From assembly GCA_964035545.1 (NCBI GenBank), contig OZ037765.1, positions 7,450,698 through 7,514,697 on the forward strand: 64,000 nt of DNA. Reading direction: 5' to 3'. The first letter of the stretch is position 1; each line of letters opens with the position of its first letter. Made by a program: the position numbers and the translations under genes. The notes under the pieces are model-generated. The model worked only from the letters and a program-made list of their open reading frames with translations, was not told the origin of the DNA and searched no databases. Of the stretch, positions 38,978 through 58,600 are shown in pieces. The DNA is from Bugula neritina. Its lineage: Eukaryota > Animalia > Bryozoa.

Positions 38978-39555
38978 TGGCATACAGGCGTTCAGATGTT
39001 ATACAGCTGTACAAAAACGTATGTACTTTCCATTTCAAATTTTATTACCATACTTTAACTTAAGAAGAGTTTTACTTGGTGTTGCCATCAGATGAAATTA
39101 ATATACTGTAAGTTATTTTTTGTTTATGAGTGTTACAGTACGTGGCCCCAAAGGTTTCATAGTGCGCACAGAGTGTTTCAGAAGAAAGTTTGAGACTACA
39201 ACTTATATCGTTTTGTATATAATATTTAATGGAAATTTTCTTTTGAACTCTAATATAAAAGTTTATGACGTCATTCTATGTTTAGAGTTGTTTTTAGCTG
39301 TTGTACATGGGAAGAGAGTACCCGGCTGGATATGAATACTTTAGAAAAAGGTTAAGGACTGCTTTTTTGAACAACAAAGAAGAGATTGACCAGAGAAAGA
39401 TTGATGAACTGATAAACCGAGGAGAGTTTGTATCTAAAGAAATAGAAGCTCTGTATATGTTACGGAAATATAGAACACTGAAGAAGCGGTACTATGAAAC
39501 TGAACAATCAGAAGCTTACAAAATGCAAAAAATTGAAAGTCAGGTAGACAACTAA
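38978..39555 (+). CDS. ETFRF1: ETF regulatory factor 1 / LYR motif protein 5
   Basis: Exons 38978-39019 ([14 protein letters not shown]) and 39298-39555 ([44 protein letters not shown]); candidate leader exons ending at 37133, 37633-37687 and 37776-37921. Confidence 0.9.
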
Positions 39556-41139
39556 GTATTTATTCAGTACATAGTTATAAGCATAAAGCAGTTTAAAATT
39601 TTCATCATTTCAAATATCTATATAAAATTTTTGCTGTATGGTGCTTACTTTCACGGCAAAGTGTACTTATGTCTCAATGCTAAGCTAAAATTTCTTACAA
39701 TAAGAATTTAAACACCTGCTAATCGACAAGGTCAAACTTTTGGTCACAAGTTCAAATGATTATCTTGAGTGTAAAAGTTGATGTCAATTTTTACCCGAAG
39801 ATGCCCAATTTTTTATCTGAATGAAAATCTGGTTTTTTTATTGGTATAAAGTTTAATATTTTTCTAGTAATAAGTTGTATTGTCAATTTTGCAGATTGAT
39901 TCTATACTTTCAAATTGTCCTGTATGAGAAGATATTGGTTTCATGCAAATTGTATCTAAATTTTCACTTTTATTATAAAAATATTTATTTCATGTATTTA
40001 TTGTTTGGTCTATATGTGGAGAATTATAGTTTTTTAAATTTGTGACATGAATAGTTATCTGACTATGGAATAAAGTAATCTTGCTTCTACCACGAAAATA
40101 TTAATTAAGCTAGATAATAAATATTCTAAATATCTACCACTGATAAATCTGTAGGATGACTGTGCAATTTAACCCATGTCTTCAGTTATTAGTGATAGTG
40201 CATGTGTATAAATTATGAAAACCAATATGATGTTGTTACTTGTATGTTTTGTTCACATTACTGCAAACAATAAATTGTTGTTATTTTGATTTGTTTATAC
40301 AACAATTATGCTATGAGATGCCTACTTTTTCATCAGCACCAATTTAACACACTTACTGTGTGTAACTTATATTAGTTAAACATATAATGTAAACATAGCC
40401 AGCTTTACTTTTCTGGCTTATGTTATGCTGCATAAAATAAATGGGATGGGAATTCAATACTATATATTGAATTTAGTTTATGTCACATTTGTCATGGATA
40501 AGATACATGTAAAATTTGGCCAATAGAATTATTAGATTAAAAAAACCAAAGTATAATAATTGCATACATAAAACATGTAATGATAAATCATATAATACAA
40601 AACACCAGAAATTTTCTAAGCTTCATAATATATTTTCAATATCCCCCTCAATGATGAGTCTTAAACAGCATTGTTATAAACATGTAATATTTAGCAAAAT
40701 ATAGGTGATAAGTGCTTATACTCAACACAATAAAGATTATTTTATTTTGAATCATTACATATATTGTTCTATATAAGCAGATTTGAATAACTAAATTAAA
40801 TTATAGCCTTAATATACAATTGATACATGCTTGACTTACTGCTTTACACACACGCGCGCACACGCCTGTAGAGTTGTCTAATCTTTTAATGCAACGCAGT
40901 TCACTAGCGCGAAACTTTTCAAATATAGTTTCCCTTTTATTTTATAGATGTACAGATTTCATTTGCCGTTTTTGTTACAACTTTGGTGTCTGTCTGTTCG
41001 AGAGAAAATAGTCGCACTCACTCTAATTTGTGTAATTTTGCAAAAGTCTGTCGGTTTAAGGTTGTCACTCGTGCTAGACTCAGCATTTTTATTCAATAAA
41101 ATATATTTCTTATGTTACCTGATTCATATTGGCTTGTAA

Positions 41140-42090
41140 ATCACTAAAAGTAAAAGTAAGACTGAAGCTCAAAAGACAAAAGGTAAATCAGTAAAACTAA
41201 ATGAAAATGAAAATACTCTTAGTTCTTACTCTTACTCTTACTCTTAGTCTTACTGAGTCTTAGTGAGTTAGTCTTACTCTTCATCTTACTCTTAGTCTTA
41301 TGTTACTAGTACTACTTAGAGTTAGTAGTACTAGAACTAGTAGTACTAGTAGTAGTAGGTATGACTATTAGTATTACTATTAGTATTAATATAAGACTAC
41401 GTTATTGTTAAACTTGAAATTTATTCAATTTCATAGTTATGGTAGTAATACTAATAGTAATAGTATAACTATAAGTATAAGTATATAAGTATAATAATAA
41501 TACTAATACTGTAATAGTATAATACTATAATACTAATGGTATAATAAGTATAATACTAATAGTATAAGTATGATATTTTTACTTTTAGTTTCACTTTGAC
41601 TTTGACTTTGACTTTTAGATTTAGTTTTACTTATTTAGTTTTAGACATCCAGTTTCACATTACTGATTACAGAGTACATTTACTGGTTATTATTATTAAT
41701 TACATTTACTATTAGTAATACTCTTACTAATAGTTTATTAGTCCATTACTGTTAGTCTAATCGGTTAGTAGTGATCATACTGATACTCATACTCTTAGTC
41801 ATAGTCATAGTGATACTGAATCTGATACTCTTACTCTATCTTAATTTATATCCAAATTTCAGGCTATGATAATTATAATAATAATTATTATTCCGTGTGT
41901 CATCATAATCATAATAATGATTATTTTAATTTATGATAATATTCATATTGTCATAGTAATAACCAATAATAATAGTAAATTATTGAGCTGAAAATGCACA
42001 TTTATGGTTTAAGATTATACTTATAGTTATGCTGTTATACTTATACTTATAAAATGTAATATACTTGTAGAATACAATTATTATGAACTA
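41140..42090. repeat. 6-bp-periodic tract in U2AF2 intron 1
   Basis: CTTACTCTTACTCTTAGTCTTACT; AGTAATACTAATAGTAATAGTATAACTATAAGT; ACTTTGACTTTGACTTTGACT; ACTGATACTCATACTCTTAGTCATAGTCATAGTGATACT. Confidence 0.85.
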
Positions 42091-42467
42091 AGTCTAATGA
42101 AACCCAATTATTTCAGTTGTACTTGTTGTAAGTTTCAGTCGCAGTTTGCCATGTTTGTGCCTAAATTTACCTTCGGCTTCAGATTCAATGCAGATTAATG
42201 TTTTTGTTAAAAGCATAGTGATAACAAAAATTTAATTTTATATAAAAGAGCCTCTAGCATTTAGCATTCTTGTTTCACTAGTTTAATTCAGTCTTTGGTA
42301 CATAAATGGTTTCTTCCCAAGAATATATTATTTACTTGATATAAAGTCTGTATTATTTTATTTTATGGGTGATATTGATGAATGTGCTGTTGTTTAGTAG
42401 GGTTTGAGCACCATTCTGCATTTGCTCCTCACGGTTGCCATTGCTGGTCTCTACATATACCATTAAA

Positions 42468-47494
<5,027 letters not shown>

Positions 47495-48191
47495 CGTGCT
47501 GACTTCATTTGCTATAGCTTCAAGTGTTTACATAGATGTAATATACAGGACAGCAACTTACCTCATTTTGTAAATAAAAATTATTGTATGATTGAGTTTA
47601 TACCTTTTATTTAGCTTTGTAATGTAATGAGTTGATGTTGAACACTTAAATATCGCGATTTATTACATGCATGTTACCGCTAATATAAATCACAGTATTG
47701 TCATCATTTCCAGTGATAGCCGAAGTAAAATATAATATGTTCAATGTATACAACATAGAAAGTGAAAAAATATCTTGGACAGAGTTTTTATTAAAAAATA
47801 AATCAATTTTGAGAAAGAATCACTATAAAATGCATAGCTTTACAATGTATAACATTTTCACAGATAAGCTTTTAAAGATTAGAAAATCTACATGAGAAGA
47901 TTTAAATAATATTTTAGACGGTCTGTTTTACAAATAATAAGCCCTAAAAATTCCCAATTTTAAGTAATATATTAAAGCTATTATTTACGGGTAATATGCT
48001 CCTGGTGAAAGACTTCAAGGCTTTCTTTACGATTAAACCTCTAGTTACTAAATACAATGTGAAGCCAGAAATTGATTAAAAATATTTTCATGTATGTGTA
48101 CAATTGTTAGTCTCAGCCCCCCCCCCCTCCTCTCCTGGCCTACTCTGAGGTGAGTTGATTATATATGATGATTGTCACTGTATTCTTCAGT

Positions 48192-50921
48192 TCAAGGACC
48201 TGATGTAGGTTTTTTGTTCAAGTCAATCATGGTACAAACAAACGAAGTAATAGACTTATCATCAATGCTCTCGTGGTCCAATAAAAATGGATGAGCAAGC
48301 AGCTGGTCATAGTTGGCACGAAGTTCCACTTGCTTCTGTAAACTAAAAACAAAACGATGCCTTAACTACAACAATTAACACTTGGGAACATAAAATATTT
48401 TGAGGTTGCTTTTTCACATACCAAACTGCAACAAATTGCTGCAACTCTGGACTGTATTTTCCATCTGGAATAGTTGGTGGTGGCCCATTAACAACTTGTT
48501 TTATTTGGTGAAAAGGATCCTTCCATTGATCATATGGATAAGCGCATGTGGCAACCTCAATCTGTATCAAAGAGCAAGCATAGATAAATTACAAGTAGCT
48601 ACGAACTTTTGCTGATACTTATCAACTAAAGTAATGATACCTCACTTCTGAAGGATCATACAATACTATTGAAATACTATTACAAATTTAGGTTTTGAGT
48701 TTAAAAATGTAAAATGGCCAAGAAAATCAAATTTTTGCAGGTGGCTGTATTTACTTTTGCTCAATATAGTGATTACACTTCTTTTTGGACTAATAGTAGG
48801 TACAAGTAAATGGATATGTAGCACCTATTGTTAGATCAGTCTCAGATTTTACCAGCACATTGATTGATGCTTTATTCAATGTAAATTCAAAACTCAACCA
48901 ACATACCAGAGTTATTCCAAAACTCCAAACATCAGATTTTATCCCAAAACCTCGACAACCTTCTGGAGGGTCAATTCTTTCTGGCTAACAAGTAAATGAA
49001 AGACAGCAATCAACCTTAACACAACAATGTAACACTGTAAAATATCCAAGCAATCAACTGTATCTTCAGGTTTGAGTCATTAGAATAATGTAGACATGGC
49101 AACTTACAGACACGTGCCAAACAACTTACTGACATGTAGAACTTGCACCCTACTCTTGTCATAGCCAACGAGTTTTCCAGATAACCACTCACTCCAAAAT
49201 CACAGATTTTAATTTCACCCGCTCGATTTACCAATATATTAGACGGTTTAACATCTCTGTGTATTACACTCAACTGAGTTTTCAAAAATTTCAGGGCAGT
49301 AACAACCTAAAGATATTAAGAAAATTACCATCTGTAAATATAAAGAATTGTTATTCATCAGAAACATACAACAGGTTCTAATACAACATTTTTAAAAACC
49401 AAATTGAGAACTGCAAATATATGAAATTTCCATCAAAAATATTTTATAAAAAAGCCCTACGAAACATTGGCTTTGCTACAGTGTCTTCATCCTGAAACAT
49501 TGTTACTGTTTACTTTTACATTATTATTGCTTTGATTTCCATGCCTAGACCAAACAATCCATACTTTTCTACAACTCTTTTAACAAAAATAAAACTTTGC
49601 CGCCCAATTTCAGGTGTAAGTATACAGATTCTGAAACTACTAGTATCTCATAAACTATGCTTAAAAAACTCAGAGTTGAGGAAAAAGTCCCAGACATAGT
49701 TTTGTTGAAAAACACTTACACTGAATGCCAACTTTTTGATGAAGTGCTCACCAATATCATAATGATTGGAATGAGCAATACTATATAATCTGTCCAGAGA
49801 TAAGTCCATTAGCTCCATGCATATCCAGACTTCTCCCTACAAGTGGTAAGGAGGTGTTTCACTTTCACAATTAGCAATGTAAAGAACAAACTATTTCTTA
49901 AAACTAAACATGCATCAACATACTTCTTCAATCATAGCACCAAAGAATTTGACAGCATTTGGACAAGAGCCACTTCTCATTGACACGTCAAGATCCATAA
50001 AGTTTCGCTTCTTTTCATTAGTGTCCAGAGTGAGTGGAAACCTCTGTTAACAAACAATACTGAATAAAATTTGAATAACCTACTTAATACAAAAGTTAAG
50101 CACCTCTAAACAAGACTGTCCTAAAAACCTATCACTAAAACATCAGATATAGTAACTTCACTTTCGAAAATATAGCCCTAAGTGAACACATTTAGAAAAT
50201 TTTGAAAATATTTTATGTAAAAGCAATGTTCAGTAGAATGCATAGCAAATACAAAAATTCTACTTTAAAATGTGATTGACTAGGCTTAGCCAATAATGAA
50301 TGTTTACAAAGTAAATAATATCCACACCTTTACAGCCATTACAGTGCCTGTGGCACGATGCACCATTCTGTGAACAATTCCATAGGCACCTCTTCCTAAT
50401 TGTTCACATATATCTAAATCACTTGGGTTACAAGCTTGTTTGACTCCTTGGAGGGTAAGGGTTGATACTAACTCCCATGGACTGAAAAAATAAGAGTTGA
50501 TTCTGCTTTGAATATAGCTGCAGTGTAAGTGTAAAACAGAGCTCTAGAAACAAGATTAAATAGCTTGAACAGCTACAGAAGCCATTAAGTAGACATGAAA
50601 TTGGTGAAAAAATAACTTGCACAATATAGAAAACACCTTACATACACAGTTAGCTACTGAAACGAAATGAGCTAAAAATTATATGCTTGAAAAGACTGAA
50701 ACAAATGCTTTTTATACTGATATCACTTTATAGATGCATTATGATACACTGAGTACAATATAATAACATGATTACATTTGTGAAGTTCGTGGTAAAGGTT
50801 CAGTAGGGGGAAGTTTTTTGAACGTAAATGGCTTCCCTTTAAAATCCTTTCTTTTCCCACCAGAAGAAGAGCGAATTGTCTGATTAAGATCTTCTACTAC
50901 AGGAAACCCTTTGGCAGACAT
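48192..50921 (-). CDS. MAP2K6: MAP kinase kinase of the MKK3/MKK6 (p38-activating) group, 8 coding exons
   Basis: Exons ~50921-50776, 50481-50328, 50043-49924, 49836-49720, 49306-49130, 48985-48908, 48561-48422, 48341-48192. Motifs [59 protein letters not shown]. 5'UTR exon donor at ~52126. Co-orthologue of MAP2K3/6. Confidence 0.85.
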
Positions 50922-51944
50922 GATGTGCAGAGCCACAGATCTCCCCACTAGTATAACTTGCTACTACATGCCATAACAGTAACCTAGTAAGATAAAAAAA
51001 GACAAATTTATTTCATTGTTTGACATATATATAATTTACTACAGTCTTTACATGGTTTTAAGTGAACTCAAAAGAAAATGAAATTTTGAAAATATACTAC
51101 TGCATCAAACTAGAATTACAGTACAATGTAAACTAAAACCTGAAATTTAATGTTTATAGTTCAAGTAAGATCATGGTTCCCATCATCGTACAGCACATAA
51201 AAATTTTAAATTATATGTAGTAGTTTAATGTGTCAAAGAAAAGGTTAAAGAGCTTTTTAATGTTAAATGTGGGTATGTTTGCCTAATTTAGTACAAACTG
51301 GGAAAAACAAGGCAAAAATTATTTTTTGCTTGAAAATGACAAAAGTTGCCCAACTGATGTAATTTGACCAGCTGAATTCAAATATATATGTAAAAAATTG
51401 TTTTGAGTGGGTAATCCAACAGTTTGAGTCAAGTAGGTATATGACATTACAGCAATTTCAGTATACATAGCATGAGCTTTAGGCTGGTAAGATTGTTATT
51501 CATGAGCTACAAAGTATAATAAAACAGAAAATTGACTTTAAACTGGTTGAAAGAGGGAAAATTGTTCAAATTTATTCACCATAAACAACTATGAGTACAT
51601 ATATTGTGTGAATGTTTCATACACTAATTTTTTAGCAGAATAGAATTTATTGATTTTCTACATGATCAGATGCATTACAAAAGAAATTATTCATTAACAA
51701 ATTGAAAAGATACAATTGAAATTATTACAATAAAAAATATGCTGTTTTTTTATAATTGTATAATTTTTTTTCAGTCTTTGGCCAACTTTTCAAAATTATC
51801 TTCGCCTCTGTTATACCCCGTAACTGCCATAACACCTATAATAAACATTATTTCTTAAAAAGTCTTGGTGCTTATATGATTTGCAAAATATCTGAGTCTA
51901 TTTTATACTGAATTGAATCATTTGCATTAATTTTCTGTAATTGA

Positions 51945-52110
51945 TGGATTATAATAGTCGTAATCATGACGATATTGATAATCATCAATTTCAAACTCAA
52001 ACTGAAACTGTAATCGTAAAAGTTGGATTTTGAGGAAGTCAAATATTAACAACTTGCAACTCCTACTAAATAGTTATAGTTATAAATTAAAACTACCAAA
52101 TGATTAAATG
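51945..52110. repeat. Short 6-bp-periodic tract in MAP2K intron 1
   Basis: ATAATAGTCGTAATCATGACGATATTGATAATCAT; TCAAACTCAAACTGAAACTGTAATCGTAAA; TAGTTATAGTTATAA. Confidence 0.65.
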
Positions 52111-53739
52111 TCATGAAACACTCACCTATTTGTAGGATGTAGGTTAATTAAGAGATTAGGAATATTTTTTTGTTTAATTCAACAAGTCAATTGAATTTCA
52201 ATTTGAAACCCGTAAAATGTTGCTAAGCGGATGCGTCAGATTAATCTCTCTCAAACTTGAATTGCAATATTTCTATGTGAAATTTGACAAATAACTATAA
52301 TTTTTATGCAGCAATATAATTATCAACAAGTTCTCAATATCTATTCGAAATAAAAATAAAACTTTAGAGAAATTAAATTTAGTTTTTATTTTTATTACAA
52401 GACTTTTGAAAGTAAGTCGCTTAATAAACAGACAACTCCGCAGTAATTTCGCGCCATTTGGTTATCCATTTGCACGAAGAGGAACGGAGAGGTGAACTTT
52501 GAGTTAACTTCAACATTCAAAATCACATTGTATGCAACCACGCCAATAAAACCGGTCAATATGCATATTGTTTAAAAGAGAAAAACATATTCTACAAAAT
52601 GAAATAAATAATGTAAAGTTTTAATGAACTTGATAAAAACTATGTCTTGTTAAATGAACAAAACCTCTGAAACTTCAAAAATGTCACTAAGATATTTAGT
52701 ACAAAATACCACAGTAAACTTCAATTTCTTAGTCTAATGTTGAACGCATGTTATCAATGTTTATTCTTTCAGATTATTTAGAGGGTTTTACACAAAATAA
52801 GTGTAATTACAATCTTTCACAGCTAAAAAATACTGAAATTAGACAGCTTAAAAGTTTTATGTTTGGCATTAAGGATTTGTACTAAATTATGTGAACAGAG
52901 CCATGTACTATTTATATAAACCAAATCATTTAAAAGCTTTCTTCACATTGATATACCTATTAACTTCGTATTGAACTTACAGATAAGACAAATGTTAATG
53001 CAAGGAAAATTTTTTCTTCAGTATAAATAAAATATCAAGGTGTTTTGCCAAGATTTCAACCCACTAATTTGGAACACAATTCCAGTGATTTTATAGTTTG
53101 CTTTAATCCAGATTGAAATTGCAAATGTAGATGTCGCTAGTATAAAATACTTAAGCAGGATCCTTACTACCATATAATTTACAGCTTTATTTATAGTTAA
53201 AGGTTCTTTGATAAGATAAATAAATGGTTAAATAACTCAAGCACTTATAGACAGCTCTACTGTCTAAATGTGCTTGAAAAACAATTATATGATAATAGTA
53301 TTAGCAGCACTGACAGTTGTTGAACTAAATAAACTTTTACATAATAATGAAAGCAATAATAAATATTTACATACTTTAAGCACTTGTTAAAGCCATAGGC
53401 AAGAATTCAAAATTGTCTGTATTTGATGTAGAGAGCTGACCATTCCAATACCATTACCGTATTCATGATAACACTCAATTATAAATATATTGTAAGTTAT
53501 ACTAATACTCACATTAAATCTAATATAAAAACATTAAAACTTAATAACTTAAAAAAATAAAATGTTATCAAGCTTTCATTGCATTTAAGAAAAGATGAGA
53601 ATTGGTAAGAAAATAATATGACATATTTGTGAGGTTGCATATATACAGATGTTAGTTGACCATGGGCAGCAGACCTAGAAATTGTCAAATTTTGGTGATC
53701 TGATTTCATTATATGCTATTGCAAGTAAAATAAGTATAA

Positions 53740-55130
53740 CAAATATAATAATATAATAATTACTAAAAATATTATGTAATTATAATGCATCAAATTTAAC
53801 TATGCAAAACTAAAAGTCAGATCTAATAAAATTAATAAATATGATAATATTTAATCTTATATTAATATGATTATTAATAAAACAATAATCATAATAACCA
53901 TCAAATTTGAAAAATTAAATAAATAATACTATTATAAACATGTCATAAATATTATTAGTCAACATTATCATTATGCTTATGTATTAATAGTCTAAATTGG
54001 TAATTCTTTTGTCTATGAGCTATGAATTTCTTCAAGTTCATCTAGTTCTACTTCTGGAAGAAAATATTATATTCTACTTATACTAATACTAATACATTTG
54101 TGATTCACTAATTATAGTACTAGTAGTAAAACTAAAATTAAATTAAGTTAATCAATTTTAATTATAATTACAAAACCAACAATTGAACATGCCAGACTCA
54201 GTGACTGTGAGTGTGACATTAACTGATTAAAGTGATATGGCTTAACATATGCCACATAGCCATGCCCATACGCACATGCCTATGTCTATCACTCTATGAG
54301 TATGGCTTTGCCTTAAAGGTTACAGTCACAAATTTATAGTTAGCGTTATACTTATAGTTGTCTTGTCTTGTCTTGTCTAGTTATTCACTAAGTTATTGGT
54401 AAGCTACTGTAATTCAAAATTTTAAACTCAAAGTTGTACTAATAGTAACAGTAATACTAATAGTAATAGTTATAGTAATACTAATAGTAAAACTTAAGAC
54501 TTATGAGTTATAGCCATGCCCATGGGCCATGATCATGAATTACTAATAGTATGATTGTGATGATTATCATTATTATTATGATTACGATAATCATAATATA
54601 AATATTAATCACAATCATGAATCATAATGATAATCATTACGATTATTAATATTATCATAATTATTACTGCTACTGTGCTACTTTTACTACAAGTATAACT
54701 ATAAGTATTAGTAGTAGTACAAGTAATAATATTACTATAAGTGAATAACTATTACAGTATTAGTATTTGTATAACTTATAAATTATTAGTTATAACTAAT
54801 AACTAATACTCAAACTAATACTAATAGTAATACTAATACAGTAATAGTAATATTAATAATAATATTAATAAGTTAGTTAATAAGTAATAACTATAAGTAT
54901 AAGTATTACTATTAGTATAACTATAAGTTAATGTATAAGTATAAGTATAACATTAACTATAACTATAAGTATTAGTATAAGCATAAGTAATATTAATAAC
55001 ATAAACAGTGAAATTGAAGGTGATTTCACAAAAACAAGAATACATTGCAGACCACTTCTAGCAAGCCCATACCCGTACTTCCATTAAAATTTACTATACT
55101 ATTAGTATTTGTATCAATAATTAATATTTA
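53740..55130. repeat. Long 6-bp-periodic tract with no assigned gene
   Basis: ACTAATAGTAACAGTAATACTAATAGTAATAGTTATAGTAATACT; ATTATGATTACGATAATCATAAT; AGTATAACTATAAGTATTAGT. Confidence 0.85.
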
Positions 55131-55659
55131 CAGATTAAGATTCAGATTTACTTTGCACTTGCAGTTTCTTGTTCGATGAACTCTGGCGCATTCTTAGACT
55201 GTGATTTGTATATATCATAATAACGGCTATTTACCAAATGTGTTAGAGTTGTTATTCGAGATTAATAGTCGATGAGTTTCTGAACACTAGCTATGTCACA
55301 CCCTCTTCTCGAAATGTGACTATAGAGTTATCCCTCTAACTCTATTAACGAGAACAGAAGCAAGCTTATACAAAAACAGATAACTCCGTATACATACACA
55401 TGAAGACGATCATATTTTACGTATGCAAAATACGGGGTTATCTTTTCATAAATAGCTAAAATACTAGACCAAACGCCTTCACAAGCACTGCGGTGCGACC
55501 GAACGACAACTTGATTTCATCGAGCCTAGGGCAAGATGATATATAACCGTTTCCGCTTATTCACTCCTCGCACATGGTAAACGTTGGGAAATTCAATTCA
55601 GCCGACAAACTTTTCAACAACACTTATTTCCAATTTATTGTTCCTTAGATTGCTATAAC

Positions 55660-58600
55660 ATGGCTGAGATTTGTGATCAAGTGCCAGATGAACAGGTTAG
55701 TAACGCCGATTCTTATAGTATTAGTTACGTTACATCTTTATTTTCATTTTGTAAACCTCCACCTGATCTGAATCAGCAAGTGAGAAACTGAAACTTAACG
55801 TCAAAGTGAATGCATAATTAATATGTGATACTGGTAGTGGTAGTGATACTGATTCAGATTGAGGGAAACTGAATAAGAAAGTTAATGTGAATGCCAGTCA
55901 ATTTGAATTTTATATACATTGGGTTAAGAATAATATTCAATTTGTCATTTGAATTTCATATTAATATTCATATTGAATTTGATATTGTCTATTGATCATT
56001 TTGATAGTGATTTTATGTTCATGTTCAGTAATGATTATTTGTAATTGTAAATTATTTCAAACCTGACTTTGGCAAGCAACTGCATTTTTATTATTGTTCT
56101 ATTGGTTGAAACAAAATTTTTGATTGCCCAACTTGAAGTATTGAAGTAGTTGTTTTAATAAAAGATTGTTCAGTTTGTTACTGCTGGCTTCACACCTATA
56201 AAATGGAAGATATTGCTTTTTACAAAGATTCTTTGTGTCTTATCACTAATTTACATTTTGAAATTGAAATATATTTTTATTTTATGAAGCTTAAAATTTT
56301 ACCGATGCAGCCCTGCAAGCTTGTCATCAAAAGCCCAATACTTGCTCTTAGAGTTATTGTACACTTATTGTGTCAGAATTCAAAAGTAATGATATAAGTA
56401 TTTTCCTTCTTTCTATTAAAAAATGTACAATTGAAATATGCTTTGTTGGTTCTATCTATGCATGCTCTAGCAGAAAAAATGGCTGCTTTAATAAATAGAA
56501 ATGAAATAGAAACGCTACACTCCTGGTTGGTCATCAAAAGGATAAATGTTTTTACTATTTTACACTTGGTTGTAACTTTGCATTCCCTGTACAATATTTC
56601 ACATCTTACTTTTGCTGTCTTGTAGATAATAAAGGCACTCAAAGTGTTCCGTGAACTTGATGCCAAGAAAGACAAAATGTCGCTCATGAGCTCAAATGAC
56701 ATCCGCCTGTCATTTTCTTTCTTGAAACTTCCAAGCCAAGCATCAAAAAATTCCAAAATGCTGAAAATGTAAGTTTATTAAAACAATTCAGGGAAACAAT
56801 CATTGATGCCAATATTTAATAATTATATTTGGTATAATTATATATGATAGATTTATAATTTTCACGTTATTAAATTTCAAGATCAGATGAATTTATAGAC
56901 AGTACCAAGAGATCATTTCATATAATATTTTGATTAAATGGTGCGGTAATTGCCCTTTCTTCGTTAAAGTTCTTCTGCCACATTTAAAAGAAGCTAGTTG
57001 CTGCTGTGCCCTTGTAACTATTAGATTCAACTATCTTTTTGGTTAACGTAACTTATTCGATAATGGAATTGTCATGTTTTGAAATTTTAATTATGTTAAA
57101 TGGGCAAATAATAGTTTTAATTTTCTATCCCAACACCCAATATATTGACACTTTGTTCTGTTGTTTTACGGCTATTACTACTAATAACCATATTGGATAC
57201 ATTGCAGGGTTGAGATAATTGTAATTTTTAATTGGTTTTAATTAATTACATTTCTTCCAAGTAGTTGAATGTAATTTGTATTTGATGTATAAAAATGGCA
57301 TTGTAATTAATTACATATCTAATGTATAGAGCTCTCCCTCACTCCCTGGGCATCGAGGATGTTTGTCTATTTGTTGGTGATGGACTAGAGGCTAAATATG
57401 ACAGGACTAAGATGGATGACGTCTGTCAACTGTATGAGAATAAGTTGGCAAAGCTGGGCATAACTCAAGTCAAGGAGGTATGCTGATTGGCAGCATTATA
57501 CATTGTGCACAATCCTCGATACGAGCTCCAAATTTTCATGTGATTTGCTTTAACAATATTGTTCGTGCATCTTTCAGATTATTCCTTTGCTGAAGTTGAA
57601 ACTAGAATACCAAACGTATGAAGCTAGACGCGCATTGGCATCTAGATATGACTGCTTTTTCGCTGACGAGAAAATCATGAGGCTTCTACCTTCGCTGCTT
57701 GGGAAATCATTTTTTCAACAGAACAAGTAAGTGTAGTCATGTCTTTTACTCTGGATAGTCGACTATGTAGCAGGCTGGTCATATGTTTGTAAATTTGGTG
57801 TTTTTGCTAAATTTACCCTAAATAATAAAATTTTATTTTCTAGAGTGGTGTTTCTACAAATTTGATAGTACTATAGCACATGTATTTATTTACCAAGGAA
57901 AAAAAAATCATGTCCCAGAGACCTAAAGTGTTGGAACTTTTGGCAGTAACATAGTTTATTTTTATTTCCTTCATAATTTTAATTCCATTCCAAAAAGTTT
58001 TATCTAAATAATAACTTTATTTTCATTGTCTTATGCCATCATCGATTTATTTACTTGTCCAAAGAGATAGCTTTAGCAGGTATTCATCTGGTTTTCAAAA
58101 GCTTTTTGTTCTCTTATGTTTATGTCACTTCAATATTTTCAAAAGTCAGTTTTTTTGCAGAGAGAAATGCTAAAATTTGCAAATGATATCTTTTATTAAA
58201 AAGTCTATGAAATGATGTAAATAAAGGTAGTGTTCAATTTGATGCATTTACATATGTACTTGAATTTGTCATGCACCAAGGAGCTTGTTACTATTCTATA
58301 ATGTGCACATGAATTATCCATGGAAAGCAATTATATATTTTGGCCGCTAGTCATGCCAGTCATTCCTGCCACTTTGATAATAACTTTGCTAGTCATATTG
58401 GAAGATCATTCATTATTTTCAATACAGATTTCCTCTCCAAGTCCGACTCGGAGAAAGTTGCATGGAACGTGAGCTAAAGAAAGCTTTGCATACTGTTACA
58501 TGCCCAATTAGTTACAAAGGGAATTCATAGTGAGTAAAAAGTCACTGCTAAATTTACTCTTGACATTTGTTCCTTCTATAATGCTTTTTATGAGGTCTCT

